This document shows positions 63,807-64,000 of a DNA stretch of 64,000 nt, piece by piece (the first letter of the stretch is position 1; every line of letters begins with the position of its first letter). A model generated the notes under the pieces. It was not told the origin of the DNA. It saw only the letters and a program-made list of their open reading frames with translations, and searched no databases. The stretch comes from an uncultured Rikenellaceae bacterium (GTDB lineage: Bacteria; Bacteroidota; Bacteroidia; Bacteroidales; Rikenellaceae). The position numbers and the translations under genes are program-made. The DNA lies in contig CAYJIL010000001.1 of the NCBI GenBank assembly GCA_964370235.1, positions 4,704 through 68,703 on the forward strand, given 5' to 3'.

Positions 63807-64000
63807 CATTTTTTTTCATCACTTACAACTATATCGCTCACAATCAACAATAAAGCGAGCCAAACTAGAACGGTTAAAATTCACAGTTTATCTTCACCTA
63901 TCATGCACTAGATGCCAGACAGCTAAAATAAGTACGATTTGTATTATTTTTTTAATTATATGGCATGTACATGCCCAAATATCACGCAATTTTGCCGCAC

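Noticed and set aside
63963-63974. Perfect 12-bp palindrome GCATGTACATGC near the right edge
   Set aside because: It is a single occurrence at the window edge with no interpretable gene context. It may sit in the first codons of a gene that continues beyond the window. There is not enough evidence to call it a site.
1-64000. CRISPR arrays, transposases or integrases, prophage, toxin-antitoxin or known defence systems
   Set aside because: No spaced direct-repeat array was seen, and no ORF has recombinase, transposase, helicase-nuclease or other defence hallmarks. The tRNA-His flanks (33951-34190, 34301-34494) carry no integrase or attachment-like duplication of the tRNA 3' end. The PglZ domain here belongs to a PorX-type response regulator, not a BREX locus.

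Overview
The window looks like a core chromosomal segment of an anaerobic Bacteroidota (Bacteroidales-like) genome. Evidence: a SusC/SusD pair, a PorX-type PglZ response regulator, a BACON-domain lipoprotein, the Bacteroides-type TAnnTTTG -7 promoter box upstream of most transcription units, nqrABCDEF, pyruvate formate-lyase and a 2-oxoacid:ferredoxin oxidoreductase. I call about 60 protein genes, one tRNA-His(GTG), 13 hairpin terminators and 22 candidate promoters. Coding density is very high. I saw no rRNA, CRISPR array, transposase or integrase, prophage or recognisable defence genes. Most content is housekeeping: uvrA, korAB, rpoN, pdxB, ruvA, fabG, recX, prmC, focA-pflBA, rbfA, prfB, metX, thiS-E-E-G-H-F, lgt, an ornithine-type carbamoyltransferase and nqrA-F. 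Three modules are the best candidates for undescribed biology. (1) A promoter-to-terminator unit (26741-29980) encodes a membrane-anchored His/Cys-rich protein, a TonB-dependent receptor and an exported HMA-domain protein, suggesting metal acquisition. (2) A SusC/SusD locus carries two tandem secreted glycerophosphodiesterases and a neighbouring EEP phosphoesterase instead of glycoside hydrolases, suggesting phosphodiester scavenging. (3) An orphan BlaI-family repressor has no BlaR1 partner and is followed by TTTTGC/GCAAAA palindromes, a Met-rich secreted protein of unknown function and LemA. Other observations: a 20-gene, 18-kb co-directional array with only 183 nt of intergenic DNA in total; thiamine genes with no room for a TPP riboswitch; prfB without the programmed frameshift; a Ser-type sulfatase; an 86-nt G-free tract upstream of susC; and structured leaders upstream of nqrA and ruvA. 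All functional calls rest on motif and architecture recognition by eye. No database search was run.
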